From: Vicinamibacterales bacterium
GTDB lineage: Bacteria; Acidobacteriota; Vicinamibacteria; Vicinamibacterales; UBA8438
Length of the DNA stretch: 64,000 nt
Assembly: GCA_965199675.1 (NCBI GenBank)
Contig: CBDATI010000063.1
Coordinates: 1,044 to 65,043, forward strand
Direction of reading: 5' to 3'
The first letter of the stretch is position 1. Every line of letters starts with the position of its first letter. The position numbers were made by a program, and so were the translations under genes. A model generated the notes under the pieces. That model did no database searches and had not been told where the DNA came from. It was given only the letters and a program-made list of their open reading frames with translations. Below are positions 1-9,397 of this stretch, in pieces.

Positions 1-1787
1 CAGCGTGCTGGCCATCGACGGCGCCACCGGCGAGACGCGGTGGCGCTGGCAGGCCGAGGACGCCGCTTCGCGGATGGCGCCGTCGTGGCAGGGTGTCGGC
101 CTGAACGACGACCTCGTGTTCGTGGGGCTGCGCAGCGTGCAGGTGGCGGCGCCTCCGGCAGGACACCGGCGAGCTGGTGTGGGCGACGACGGTCGGGAGC
201 ACTCCCGCGGTCGCGGGAGAGACGGTCACCACGGCGCCCATCCATGCGGCGGGCAAGGTGTTCGTGGGCGTGGCCAACGGCGACAGCGGGGGGCAGGGAC
301 GGGTCGTGGCGGTCGACGCGGCGACCGGCGAGGTCGCCTGGACATTCTTCGTCATCCCGCGTCCCGGCGAGTTCGGCCACGACACGTGGCCGCAGGACTC
401 CGACATCTGGGAGGTCGGGGGCGGCGGCGTCTGGCTGGTGGGGACCGTCGATCCGGAGCTGGGACTGGTCTACTTCGCGACCGGCAATCCGGTGCCGATG
501 TTCGGCGGCGAGATCCGCGAGGGCGACAACCTCTTCGCGGCCTCCGTGCTGGCCCTCGACATGGCGACCGGCGAGCGCCGCTGGCACTTCCAGGTGGTGC
601 GGCACGACATCTGGGACGCCGACATCGCCACCCCCATGCTGCTCTACGACGTGGAGATGGACGGCCGGCATGCGCAAGGGCGTGGCCGCCATCCGGGCCG
701 ACGGCTACCTGTTCCTGTTCGACCGGGAGACCGGCGAGCCGCTCATCCCGATCGAGCAACGGCCGGTGCCGCAGGACCCGGGCCAGCGCACCGCCGACAC
801 CCAGCCGTTCCCGGTGGGCGCGGAGCGCATCATTCCCGACTGCTCGTACTGGCGCGATCGGGTGCCGCCGCCGTTCGAGCTGAGCTGCAGCTTCTTCACC
901 CCGCCCACCGTCGACCGGCAGCACGTGGTGGCGCTCGGCTCACCGATTCCGATGGTGCGGGTGACGCCGATGTCGTTCAGCCCCCAGACCGGTCTGATCT
1001 ACGCGCAGGGCCGGGGGCACGTGGGGTTCGCCAAGCGGTTCGACGACCCGTGGATCTCGGACAACCGTCCCGCCGGCTATCTGCGGCTCGGCCTCCCCGA
1101 GTCGACCGGGGTGCTGGCCGCCGTCGACCCGCGCACCAACACCGTCGACCTGGAAGCGGGACCTCCTGGGCGGACGGCTCGCCACGAGCGGCCCGATGTC
1201 GACGGCCGGCGGGCTGGTGTTCTGGGGCTCGGCCGACGGCCAGCTCGACGCCTACGACGCCGACCACCGGCGAGCGGCTGTGGGCGTTCCAGGCCGCCCC
1301 GGCGGGGTTGCGGATGCGGCCCGGGCCGGTGGCGACCTACGCGATCGACGGGCGGCAGTACGTGGCGCTGCCGATGGGGAGCGAGCTCTGGGCGTTTGCC
1401 CTCGACGGTGAGCTCGGCCCCCGCGGCGAGCCGGTGGCCGACCCGCCCGACCTCGTCCGGTGGACGGGTCCGCCGCCGACCGAGACCGACGAGATCGAGA
1501 CCGGCACCCTGCGCGAGAATCCGTCCTGGTCGCTGGGGGGCAGCCGCAGCGCCCTCGACGAGCACGCGTTCAACCCGCAACGGACCCGGGTGAGGGCCGG
1601 CACGCGGGTGCGCTTCGTCAACAACGGCAAGGTACAGCACACCATCGAGGCGCAGGACGGGAGCTGGACCACCGGCGCCATCGAACCGGGGCTGTTCGAG
1701 TACGTCGCTTTCGAGTCGCCGGGGACGTTCCGGTTCCACTGTACCGAACACCCCTGGATGCTGGGCGAGATCACCGTCGTGCCGTGA
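1..1787 (+). pseudogene. PQQ-dependent (quinoprotein) dehydrogenase with C-terminal cupredoxin domain; 5' end lies outside the window; disrupted by at least 4 frameshifts
   Basis: Conserved quinoprotein peptide runs hop between frames. Frame 2, 5 to ~150: LAIDGATGETRWRWQ. Frame 3, ~150 to ~668: TGELVWATTVG..GNPVPMFGG..WHFQVVRHDIWDAD..LLYDVEMDG. Frame 1, ~668 to ~1148: KGVAAIRADGYLFLFDRETGEPLIPIEQRPVP. Frame 2, ~1148 to ~1263: WKRDLLGG..STAGGLVFWGSADGQLDAYDAD. Frame 3, ~1263 to 1787: TGERLWAFQ... The order is collinear with the intact paralog at 11062-12969. The tail has a type-1 copper ligand pattern (QHT..FRFHCTEHPWM = H..C-x2-H-x2-M). Confidence 0.8.
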
Positions 1788-1993
1788 AGCGCAGGCGGAG
1801 CGCCGCTCGATGGAGCGGCAACCTCAAGTCCGCGGCCCGTCCGTCTTGGCGCCCCAACGATTCGCGGTCGCCGAGGAAGGTGGTCGATGTGGTCGGCCTG
1901 TTCCTCGACCCGCGGACAACGCGATGGCGCTGTCGGTCGACGAGAAGGCCCGGACCCAGGTCCCACGTTCGGTCCGGGCGCGGTCGAAGACGA

Positions 1994-3481
1994 TCAGGTG
2001 ACCGGCCTCGGCGCGCAGCGGTCCATGTAGCCGCGCGTCTGCGTGAGTCCGTCGGCGATGGTGCGCTCGGGGTCCTGGTGCAGGACCTTGCACTCGACCA
2101 CGAACTTGCGGGTGCGCCCGCCCTGCCGCCACAGGATCAGCAGGTCCACGCGCCCGCGGCCGAGGGCGTACTCGCGCTCGAGGCGGCCCCCGCCGTTCAC
2201 GATCCGTTGCAGGTACGCCTGCAGGAGCAGTTGCGGTCCGGCCTCGTGATACTGCTCGAAGCGTTGCACCCAGTGTTCGGAGTGCTCGCGGAAGAAGGTC
2301 TGGAACGCCGCGATCAGTCCGTCGACGTCGAGGCCGCCGTCCGCGTCGACGTACCACGCCATCCGCTGCGGCAGCCCCATCTGCACCGCGTGGTTCAGGT
2401 GCCGCGGCACCACCTCGGCGTAGATGGGGTTGGCGATGCGGGGCGTGCCGTCGCCGTCGAACGCCACCAGCCCCAGGTCGTGGACATAGGCCACGTCCTC
2501 TGCCGACCACGCGGACTCCGACGCCCCGGCCAGGATCGGCTCGACGACCCGGCGCACCCGTTCCTCGCGCAGCTTGTCGGCCAGTTGGTCGAGGTGCGTC
2601 ACGCGAGCCAGGATCAGCCGCTCCTGGGCGTCCAGGATGTCGCCTTCGGTGATGGCGCGGGAGCGGTCGCGGCCGGGCTCGCTGTCGAAGCAGGCTTCCC
2701 GGCAGAGCGCGTTCACGAGCCACGGCTGGCCGGCCGACCGCGTCAGCACCAGGTCGACCACCCCCTCGGTGAACATCTGCCCGGTCTCTGCGGTGTGCTG
2801 GGCGAGCAGGGCCCGCGTCTCGGTCTCGGTGAAATCGCCCAGGCGCAGCGACTTCGACTTGACGTTGAAGGCGCTGCCGCCGAGTACGAGGGCGTTCTGC
2901 GTGGTGGAGTGGATGCGGTAGTCGCGCACGTCGCGCACCCCGCACAGGACGACGCTCTGCGGGAAGCGCGCGGGGCGGCCGGGATAGCCGGCCCGGAGCT
3001 GCCGCAACACCGACAGCAGGGTATCGCCCACCAGCGAGTCGATCTCGTCGACCAGCAGCACCAGCGGCTTCGGGTCGGCCATGGACCAGCGCGCCAGCGA
3101 CGCCTGCAACGCGCCCAGCGGTCCGGCCCGTTCGAGCGCGTCCGGCCAGATCCCGGCCAGCATGCGGCTGCGCAGCGTGGCCTCTTCTTCCGCCGCCAAC
3201 TGGTAGAGGATGACGCGCATGGCCTCCGCGATGTTCTCCCGCGCCGCCTGGGCGGGCTCCACGTTGATGTACACACACCGGTGGTCGCCGTGGGCGTTCA
3301 GCAGATCGCACAGCGCCAGCAGCGCCGTGGTCTTTCCGGTCTGCCGCGGCGCGTGGAGCACGAAGTACCGCTGGTCGCGGACCAGGCCGAGCAGCTCGTC
3401 GAGGTTCACGCGGTCGAGGGGCGGGATGTGGTAGTGGCGGTCGGGGCGGACGGGGCCCTCGGTGTTGAAGAAGCGCACCAT
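1994..3481 (-). CDS. ATP-binding protein: N-terminal P-loop ATPase plus C-terminal PD-(D/E)XK nuclease-like domain; 3' end probably frame-disrupted
   Basis: Walker A HAPRQTGKTT and Walker B LVLLVDEID. C-terminal D..ExK pattern (GRVDLLIL..KFVVECK). Start placed at ATG 3481 (MVRFFNTEGPV), not the ORF-track start at 3568. After ..TRGYMDRC the family-typical continuation (EAGHLIVFDR) is found in a different frame (tail of ORF 1824..3494), implying an indel near 2005-2015. Confidence 0.7.
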   Translation of the reverse strand: MVRFFNTEGPVRPDRHYHIPPLDRVNLDELLGLVRDQRYFVLHAPRQTGKTTALLALCDLLNAHGDHRCVYINVEPAQAARENIAEAMRVILYQLAAEEEATLRSRMLAGIWPDALERAGPLGALQASLARWSMADPKPLVLLVDEIDSLVGDTLLSVLRQLRAGYPGRPARFPQSVVLCGVRDVRDYRIHSTTQNALVLGGSAFNVKSKSLRLGDFTETETRALLAQHTAETGQMFTEGVVDLVLTRSAGQPWLVNALCREACFDSEPGRDRSRAITEGDILDAQERLILARVTHLDQLADKLREERVRRVVEPILAGASESAWSAEDVAYVHDLGLVAFDGDGTPRIANPIYAEVVPRHLNHAVQMGLPQRMAWYVDADGGLDVDGLIAAFQTFFREHSEHWVQRFEQYHEAGPQLLLQAYLQRIVNGGGRLEREYALGRGRVDLLILWRQGGRTRKFVVECKVLHQDPERTIADGLTQTRGYMDRCAPRPVT

Positions 3482-3777
3482 CGGGTTGTCGCACCGGGCG
3501 TTGCGGGTGTGCACGTCAAAGTCACGCGACGACGGCCGGGGGCGCGATGCGGCGGGCCACCGCGGCATGGGGTGGCGCCGAAGCTACGCATTGCGCGTGC
3601 GGAGGGGACCGCGGCCGGGAACGCCGTTCCAATCGAACCGTCCTGACGGGGCCGGGAGCGACCATCCCAATCCTGACGTGCACCCGCGTTGCGACTGTCG
3701 GTACGTTCGGCAGTATCCTTGTGGGGACGGCGGTTCCGAGGAGTCCGCCGTGTCGATTTGTCGATGGAGGAGTCGAG

Positions 3778-4839
3778 ATGCGGTATCCGTCCCTCGTCGT
3801 GACCTGCGTGGTTGCCGTCTCCGCGCTGCCGATGGCCATGCCCGCTTCCGCCCAGACGGCGCCCGAGCCGGCCCCGCGCACGGCCTGGGGCGAGCCGGAC
3901 CTCGGCGGCGTCTGGGAGTACAAGACGCGCACTCCGCTCGAGCGCCCGGAACGCTTCGAAGGCCGCGAGTTCCTGACCGCGGAAGAGGCGGCGGCGATCG
4001 AGGAGAACGAGCGCGCGCGAATCCGGGCGATGGAGGAGCGGCCGGCGCAGCGCACCGTCGCCATCCCCACCGCCGGTGAGCGCCCGGGTCGGTGGCTCGA
4101 TTCGCCGGACCATCCGAGCCTGCAGGGGCAGACCGGGTCGTACAACATCTTCTGGTTCGACTGGGGGACGGGCGCCGTCAGCACCCGGCGCACGTCGCTG
4201 CTCGTCGACCCGCCGGACGGCCGCATGCCGGCGCTGACCGAGGCGGGCCGCGAGCGGGCGCGCACGATGGGCGCGCGCTCGTCGTTCAGCGAGACCGTCG
4301 CTTCGGCCGAGTCGCACCTCGACTTCAGCAACTCCGACCGCTGCCTGATGAGCGGCAACGCGGGGCCGCCGATGCTGCCGGGCGTCTACAACAACAACAT
4401 GCAGCTCTTCCAGACCCCCGACCACGTCGCCATCATGAACGAGATGATGCACACCGTCCGCGTCATCCCCCTCGACGGCCACCCCGCGCCGGCCGACGGC
4501 ATCCGCCAGTACGTCGGCGACGCACGCGGCCGCTGGGAGGGCGACACCCTGGTGGTCGAGACCGTGAACTTCAACGACGACCGCACCCACAACACGTGGC
4601 GCAACACCAGCCGGAACCGCACGCTGGTCGAGCGCTTCACCCGCGTGGACGCCGAGACCCTCCTCTACGAGTTCACGGTGACCGACCCCGACACCTGGGA
4701 GCGGCCGTGGTCGGTCGAGCTGCCGATGCAGCGGAGCGCGCTGCCCATCTTCGAGTTCGCGTGCCACGAGGGCAACTACGGCCTCGAGAACATCCTCGCC
4801 GGCAACCGCCGGCAGGAGGCCGCGGCGGCGGGGCGGTAG
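3778..4839 (+). CDS. Secreted protein of unknown function, DRC / YNNN / WEGDTLV / EYACHEG family, paralog 1 of 4
   Basis: ATG 3778 is preceded by GGAGGA. Signal peptide MRYPSLVVTCVVAVSALPMAMPASAQ. Shares collinear motifs with 31443-32498, 32561-33562 and 34022-35020 (RTAWGEPDLGGVW, TPLERP, RTSLLVDPPDGRMPALT, DRC, YNNNMQLFQTPDHV, RGRWEGDTLVVET, ERFTRVD, FEFACHEGNYG). Confidence 0.8.
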   Translation: MRYPSLVVTCVVAVSALPMAMPASAQTAPEPAPRTAWGEPDLGGVWEYKTRTPLERPERFEGREFLTAEEAAAIEENERARIRAMEERPAQRTVAIPTAGERPGRWLDSPDHPSLQGQTGSYNIFWFDWGTGAVSTRRTSLLVDPPDGRMPALTEAGRERARTMGARSSFSETVASAESHLDFSNSDRCLMSGNAGPPMLPGVYNNNMQLFQTPDHVAIMNEMMHTVRVIPLDGHPAPADGIRQYVGDARGRWEGDTLVVETVNFNDDRTHNTWRNTSRNRTLVERFTRVDAETLLYEFTVTDPDTWERPWSVELPMQRSALPIFEFACHEGNYGLENILAGNRRQEAAAAGR

Positions 4840-4848
4840 GCGTCCGCC

Positions 4849-6051
4849 ATGTCCGTCGCCGCACGACGCCTGAGCCGCATCAAGGCCTCGCCGTCCGCCA
4901 TGATCGCCGCGAAGGCGATGGAGATGGCGCGGGCCGGGCGCGACGTCATCGCCCTCGCGGCGGGAGAGCCCGACTTCGATACCCCCGACCACATCAAGAT
5001 CGCGGCGATGCGGGCCATCGTCGAGGGGCGGACGAAGTACCCGCCGCTCGCGGGCGTTCCCGAGCTGCGCGAGGCGGTCTGCCGCAAGCTGGAGCGCGAG
5101 AACGGACTGCGCTACGCCCCTGACCAGGTACTCGTCTGCAACGGCGGCAAGCAGGTCATCTACAACGCGCTCGCCGCCACCCTCGATCCCGGGGACGAGG
5201 TCATCGTTCCCGCGCCGTTCTGGGTGAGCTATCCCGACATGACATTGCTCGCCGGCGGAACCCCGGTGGTGGTCGCGACGGATGTCGGCCGCGGGTTCCG
5301 GCTGGATGCCGGGCAGCTCAAAGACGCGATCAGCGCGAAGACGAAATGGCTGATCCTGAACAGCCCCGGCAATCCGACGGGCTCGGTGTACTCGGCGGAA
5401 GACCTGGGGGCGCTCGCCGCCGTGCTTCGCCGGCATCCGCACGTCTGGGTGCTCACCGACGACATCTACGAGCACATCCTCTATGGCGGCGGGCCGTTCG
5501 CGACGATGGCGCAGGTCGCGCCCGATCTGCACGGGCGCACCCTGACCATGAACGGGCTCTCCAAGGCGTACTGCATGACGGGATGGCGCCTCGGCTACGG
5601 CGCGGGGCCGAAGGCGCTGATAGGGGCGATGGCGACGGTCCAGTCGCAGACCACGAGCGGTGCGTCGAGCATCAGCCAGTGGGCCGGCGTCGAGGCGCTC
5701 GACGGCGACCAGACGTTCATCCGGGCCAACGTGGCGACGTTCGAGAAGCGGCGCGACCTCGGCGCCTCGCTGCTGAACCGGGCCGACGGGCTCTCCTGCG
5801 CCCGGCCCGACGGCGCCTTCTACCTCTACGTCGACTGCCGGGGGGCCATCGGGAAGCGGACCCCGGACGGTGACACCATCGAGAACGACGGCGCATTCGC
5901 GAAGCACCTCCTGGACAGCCAGGAGGTCGCGGTGGTGCCCGGCGAAGCGTTCGGCCTGTCGCCGTACTTCCGCGTTTCCTACGCGCTCGCGACGGACCGG
6001 CTCGCGGAGGCCTGCACGAGGATTCAACGGGCGTGCGCGTCTCTCGAGTAA
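4849..6051 (+). CDS. Class I pyridoxal-phosphate aminotransferase (aspartate aminotransferase type)
   Basis: 400-aa uninterrupted ORF. Typical AspAT features: GEPDFDTP, NSPGNPTG, and the PLP-lysine context LSKAYCMTGWRLGY. Confidence 0.9.
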   Translation: MSVAARRLSRIKASPSAMIAAKAMEMARAGRDVIALAAGEPDFDTPDHIKIAAMRAIVEGRTKYPPLAGVPELREAVCRKLERENGLRYAPDQVLVCNGGKQVIYNALAATLDPGDEVIVPAPFWVSYPDMTLLAGGTPVVVATDVGRGFRLDAGQLKDAISAKTKWLILNSPGNPTGSVYSAEDLGALAAVLRRHPHVWVLTDDIYEHILYGGGPFATMAQVAPDLHGRTLTMNGLSKAYCMTGWRLGYGAGPKALIGAMATVQSQTTSGASSISQWAGVEALDGDQTFIRANVATFEKRRDLGASLLNRADGLSCARPDGAFYLYVDCRGAIGKRTPDGDTIENDGAFAKHLLDSQEVAVVPGEAFGLSPYFRVSYALATDRLAEACTRIQRACASLE

Positions 6052-6181
6052 TTGTCTCCTTGTCCGCCGACGCGTCACTTCTTCCTGTTCGGCCGGCGTG
6101 GCGCCGGCAAGAGCACCTGCCTGCGGCCACGCCCGTCGAGCTCTGGCGACAGGGCCGCGGCGCCGCGGGGTTGGGACGTTC

Positions 6182-7339
6182 CTATCGGCGCGCCACGGGT
6201 TCGAGGCGCACGACCTGACTCGGCTCGCCGCGGTGCTCGACCGCGAGGTAGATGTAGCCGTCCGGCCCCTGCCGGACGTCGCGCACTCGGCCGATCCCGT
6301 AGGCGAGCGTCTCTTCCAGCTCGATGCGTCCCGGCCGGTCGACGCTCGGCGTGAGGCGCGCGAGGCGGCGGCCGGCCATCCCGCCCACGAAGAAGCTGCC
6401 CTTCCAGTCCGGGAACCGGTCGCCGGTGTAGACCATCAGGCCGGACGTGGCGATCGAAGGGACCCAGAAGTGCACCGGCGACTCCATGTCCTCGCCGCGC
6501 GTCCCCGCGTGGATCGCCGTCCCGCTGCCGTAGTTCACGCCGTAGCCGACCACCGGCCACCCGTAGTTCAGACCGGGCCGTATCAGGTTGAGTTCATCGC
6601 CACCCTGTGGTCCGTGCTCGTGGGCCCACAGGTCGCCGGTCTCGGGGTGCACCAGCAGCCCCTGCGGGTTGCGGTGTCCGTAGCTCCAGATCTCGGGCAG
6701 GGTGTCGGGCTGGCCGACGAACGGGTTGTCTTCGGGCACGCGGCCGTCGTCGTAGAGGCGGACCGTGACGCCGTGATGGTTCGATGGATCCTGCGCGGGG
6801 TGGGTCGTCAGATCGCCGCGCGTGCGCGCCATCCGATCGCCCACCGAGACGAAGAGGTAGCCGTCGGGGTCCCAGGTCAACCGCCCCCCGTAGTGGCCGC
6901 CGCCCCGGGACTGGGCCTCGAAGACGTCCACGACGCCCGTGAGCCGATCGTCTTCGAACCGGCCCCTGATCACCGCCGTCGTCGAGCCCTCTCCCGTCGG
7001 CCGCGCGTAGCTCAGATACAGCAGACGGTTGGCCGCGAAGCCGGGGTGCGGGAGCACCTCGAACAGTCCGCCCTGCCCCCTCGCGACCACCTCGGGGACG
7101 CCCGGAACCGGATCCGGCAGCAGCGTTCCGTCGCGCACGATGCGGAGGCGCCCCGGGCGCTCGGTGACCAGCATGTCGCCGTCGGGCAGCCACGCGATGG
7201 ACCAGGGGACGTCGAGGCCGTCGACCACGGTCACGGCGCGATAGTCGTGATGGGCCGAGCGCCGCACGTCCTGGGCGGCGATCGGGTCTCCGGCGAGCAT
7301 GCATCCCAGGGTGGCGCAGACGGCGGCAGTGCGGATCAT
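6182..7339 (-). CDS. Secreted PQQ-dependent sugar dehydrogenase (soluble glucose/sorbosone dehydrogenase family)
   Basis: Start ATG 7339 (MIRTAAVCATLG) with AGGAG 7 nt upstream; the ORF-track 627-aa version is an upstream over-extension. Family motifs: PWSIAWLPDGDMLVTERPGRLRIV, YGHRNPQGL, GPQGGDELN, NYGWP. Confidence 0.85.
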   Translation of the reverse strand: MIRTAAVCATLGCMLAGDPIAAQDVRRSAHHDYRAVTVVDGLDVPWSIAWLPDGDMLVTERPGRLRIVRDGTLLPDPVPGVPEVVARGQGGLFEVLPHPGFAANRLLYLSYARPTGEGSTTAVIRGRFEDDRLTGVVDVFEAQSRGGGHYGGRLTWDPDGYLFVSVGDRMARTRGDLTTHPAQDPSNHHGVTVRLYDDGRVPEDNPFVGQPDTLPEIWSYGHRNPQGLLVHPETGDLWAHEHGPQGGDELNLIRPGLNYGWPVVGYGVNYGSGTAIHAGTRGEDMESPVHFWVPSIATSGLMVYTGDRFPDWKGSFFVGGMAGRRLARLTPSVDRPGRIELEETLAYGIGRVRDVRQGPDGYIYLAVEHRGEPSQVVRLEPVARR

Positions 7340-7502
7340 CGTCGACTCCTGTGACCGCGCGCCCGGCGCGCGGAGAGACACCATATCAATCATGACATGG
7401 ACCGTCCGTGGTGCGTGGAGGCGCGAGGAGGCGCGTGGTGCGGGTGGCGGGGAGTGAGGAGGACGTCGCACCATTCCGGCCACCGTTCGGGCAGGTGCCG
7501 GC

Positions 7503-7531
7503 TTGACGGTCGCCCGTGGCGTCGGTAACGT
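7503..7531 (+). promoter_or_regulatory. Putative sigma70-type promoter, copy 1 (TTGACG-17 nt-TAACGT), now upstream of a gene remnant
   Basis: TTGACG at 7503-7508, 17-nt spacer, TAACGT at 7526-7531. About 40 nt are near-identical to 7762-7800. Sequence pattern only. Confidence 0.3.
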
Positions 7532-7632
7532 CGGGAGAATCAGGGCGTGGCCTCGGCCGAGTCGGGCCGATCCCGACGGGGACGACCATGCCGCCGACCA
7601 CGGGCTGGCGCAGGGAAGCCGCGGGCTGCGTG

Positions 7633-7662
7633 GGCCTGCACGCGGATTCAACGGGCGTGCGC
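7633..7662 (+). pseudogene. 30-nt remnant of the 3' end of an aspC-like gene
   Basis: GGCCTGCACGCGGATTCAACGGGCGTGCGC matches 6009-6038 (last codons of the aminotransferase, ..ACTRIQRAC..) at 29 of 30 positions. Confidence 0.6.
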
Positions 7663-7761
7663 TCCGCTGCTTGGCCGAGCGGCGTCCGGCGACAGGACGA
7701 GATGCACTCCGTACATGGATCAGCACGCGGCGGCGGGGCCGACTCCGTTCGAGGCGCGCGC

Positions 7762-7790
7762 TTGACGGTTGCCCGTAGCGTCGGTATGGT
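7762..7790 (+). promoter_or_regulatory. Putative sigma70-type promoter, copy 2 (TTGACG-17 nt-TATGGT), for the sulfatase-amidase operon
   Basis: TTGACG at 7762-7767, 17-nt spacer, TATGGT at 7785-7790, about 55 nt upstream of ATG 7846. Sequence pattern only. Confidence 0.4.
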
Positions 7791-7845
7791 CGGCCGAATC
7801 GCGCCGGGCGCCGGCGGAGCCCGGTCCATCCAGGCAGGGACGACC

Positions 7846-9396
7846 ATGAGATATATGTTGGGCCTTTTCTGCGGCTCGTTCCGCCGGCGGGCGATCCTGC
7901 CGGCCGCGGCGCTGGCCTTCGTTGTCGCCGCCCTTCCTGTCGCCGCCCGGCCCGCGGGCGAAGGAACGGCGGCGCCGGCCGACCGCCCGAACATCCTGTT
8001 CCTGTTCGCCGACGATCAGCGGTCCGACACCATCGGGGCGTGGGGCAACGAGCACATCGACACACCGCACCTCGACCGGCTGGCCGACGAGGGGTTCAGC
8101 TTTCGGCGCAACTACGTGTTCGGCTCGAACAGCGGCGCGGTGTGCGTGCCGAGCCGGGCGATGGTGCTGACGGGCCGGATCTGGATGCGCTCGCCGAACG
8201 ACATGCGGGGGGTGCCCACCCTGCCGCGCCAATTGGAGGCGGCGGGCTACCGCACCTTCATCACCGGCAAGTGGCACAACGGCGAAGAGGCGCTGCTGCG
8301 GAGCTTCGACCGCGGCACGGCGGTGTACCTGGGGGGCATGGCGGACCACACGCAGGTCGAGGTGCAGGACATCGAGGACGGCGCGCTGGTCCGCCGGCGC
8401 GCAGGGGAGGCGTTCTCCAGCGAGCTCTTCGCCGACGCGGCGATCGCGTTCCTGGACGAGCAGGCGGCCCTGGCCCGCGAGGACGGACCGCACCGGCCGT
8501 TCTTCGCCTACGTGCCGTTCATGGCGCCCCACGATCCGCGCCAGCCGCCGCCCGAGTACCGCGAGCGCTACTACCAACGCGACCTGCCGCTACCCGCGAA
8601 CTACCTGCCGCAGCACCCGTTCGACCACGGCGTCCTGAACGTCCGCGACGAGAACCTGGCCGCCTGGCCGCGGACCCCGGAGGTGATCCGCGATCAGCTC
8701 GCCGAGTACTACGGCCTCATCACCCACCTCGACGAGCAGGTCGGGCGCATTCTCGCTGCCTTGGCGGAGAACGGTCAGGCCTCGAACACGGTGGTCGTCT
8801 ACGCCGCCGATCACGGGCTGGCGATGGGAAGCCACGGGCTGCTCGGCAAGCAGAACCTGTACGAGCACTCCATGCGCTGTCCCCTCATCGTCCGCGGTCC
8901 GGGCATCCCGCACGGATCGACCGACGCCTTCACCTATCTCTTCGACCTGTTCCCGACCCTGCTCCGCCTGGGCGCGGCGGAGATGCCGCCCGGTATCGAC
9001 GGGCGCGACCTGGCCGCGCTGTGGTCGGGCGAGGGCGGCGCGGTCTGGCGGCAGAGCCTGTTCCTGCCGTACCGGGACCTGATGCGCGCGGTGCGCGACG
9101 AGCGGTACAAGCTGATCGTCTATCCGCGGGTCAACCACCGACAGCTCTTCGACCTCGCCGAAGACCCCGACGAGCTGCGCGACCTGGCCGCCGACCCCGC
9201 GCATGGGCAGACCCTCGCGCGCCTCGAGGCGCTGCTCGAAGGCTGGCGGGCGGCGCTGGCCGACGCGGCCCCTCTCGAGACGGCCGATCCGTCGCCGCTC
9301 CGGCGCGATCTGACCGGCCGCGAACGCGTGCCCGACCGCTGGCAGCCCCAGTGGATCGTGGACAAGTACTTCGGTCCGACGCCCCGGAGGAGATGA
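7846..9396 (+). CDS. Secreted formylglycine-type sulfatase
   Basis: Start ATG 7846 (MRYMLGLF.., signal peptide). PNILFLFADDQR, then the sulfatase C-x-P-x-R motif in SGAVCVPSRAMVLTG, then GKWH. The ORF-track start at 7516 is an upstream over-extension. Confidence 0.9.
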   Translation: MRYMLGLFCGSFRRRAILPAAALAFVVAALPVAARPAGEGTAAPADRPNILFLFADDQRSDTIGAWGNEHIDTPHLDRLADEGFSFRRNYVFGSNSGAVCVPSRAMVLTGRIWMRSPNDMRGVPTLPRQLEAAGYRTFITGKWHNGEEALLRSFDRGTAVYLGGMADHTQVEVQDIEDGALVRRRAGEAFSSELFADAAIAFLDEQAALAREDGPHRPFFAYVPFMAPHDPRQPPPEYRERYYQRDLPLPANYLPQHPFDHGVLNVRDENLAAWPRTPEVIRDQLAEYYGLITHLDEQVGRILAALAENGQASNTVVVYAADHGLAMGSHGLLGKQNLYEHSMRCPLIVRGPGIPHGSTDAFTYLFDLFPTLLRLGAAEMPPGIDGRDLAALWSGEGGAVWRQSLFLPYRDLMRAVRDERYKLIVYPRVNHRQLFDLAEDPDELRDLAADPAHGQTLARLEALLEGWRAALADAAPLETADPSPLRRDLTGRERVPDRWQPQWIVDKYFGPTPRRR

Positions 9397-9397
9397 C

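Noticed and set aside
3778-4839. Reading the invariant (F/Y)ACHEG motif of the four-paralog family as a single-cysteine c-type heme attachment site
   Set aside because: There is only one Cys-His pair and no CXXCH. A second invariant Cys (DRC) makes a disulfide at least as likely. Nothing in the sequence alone supports heme.
3406-6078. 890-aa ORF on the minus strand, and similar giants at 1460..3646(+), 10933..13143(-), 35837..38107(-), 43094..45442(+), 47256..49532(+), 53348..56449(+) and 53256..56192(-)
   Set aside because: These are Arg/Ala/Gly/Pro/His-rich and low-complexity, have no motifs, and are exactly antisense or out of frame to well-supported genes (aminotransferase, PQQ dehydrogenase, KatG, IorB and others). 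They are typical shadow ORFs of a ~70% GC genome.
6092-6108. GCCGGCG-TGG-CGCCGGC hairpin between the convergent aminotransferase and sugar-dehydrogenase genes, considered as a terminator
   Set aside because: The stem is short, there is no U-tract on either strand, and such palindromes are frequent by chance at this GC content.
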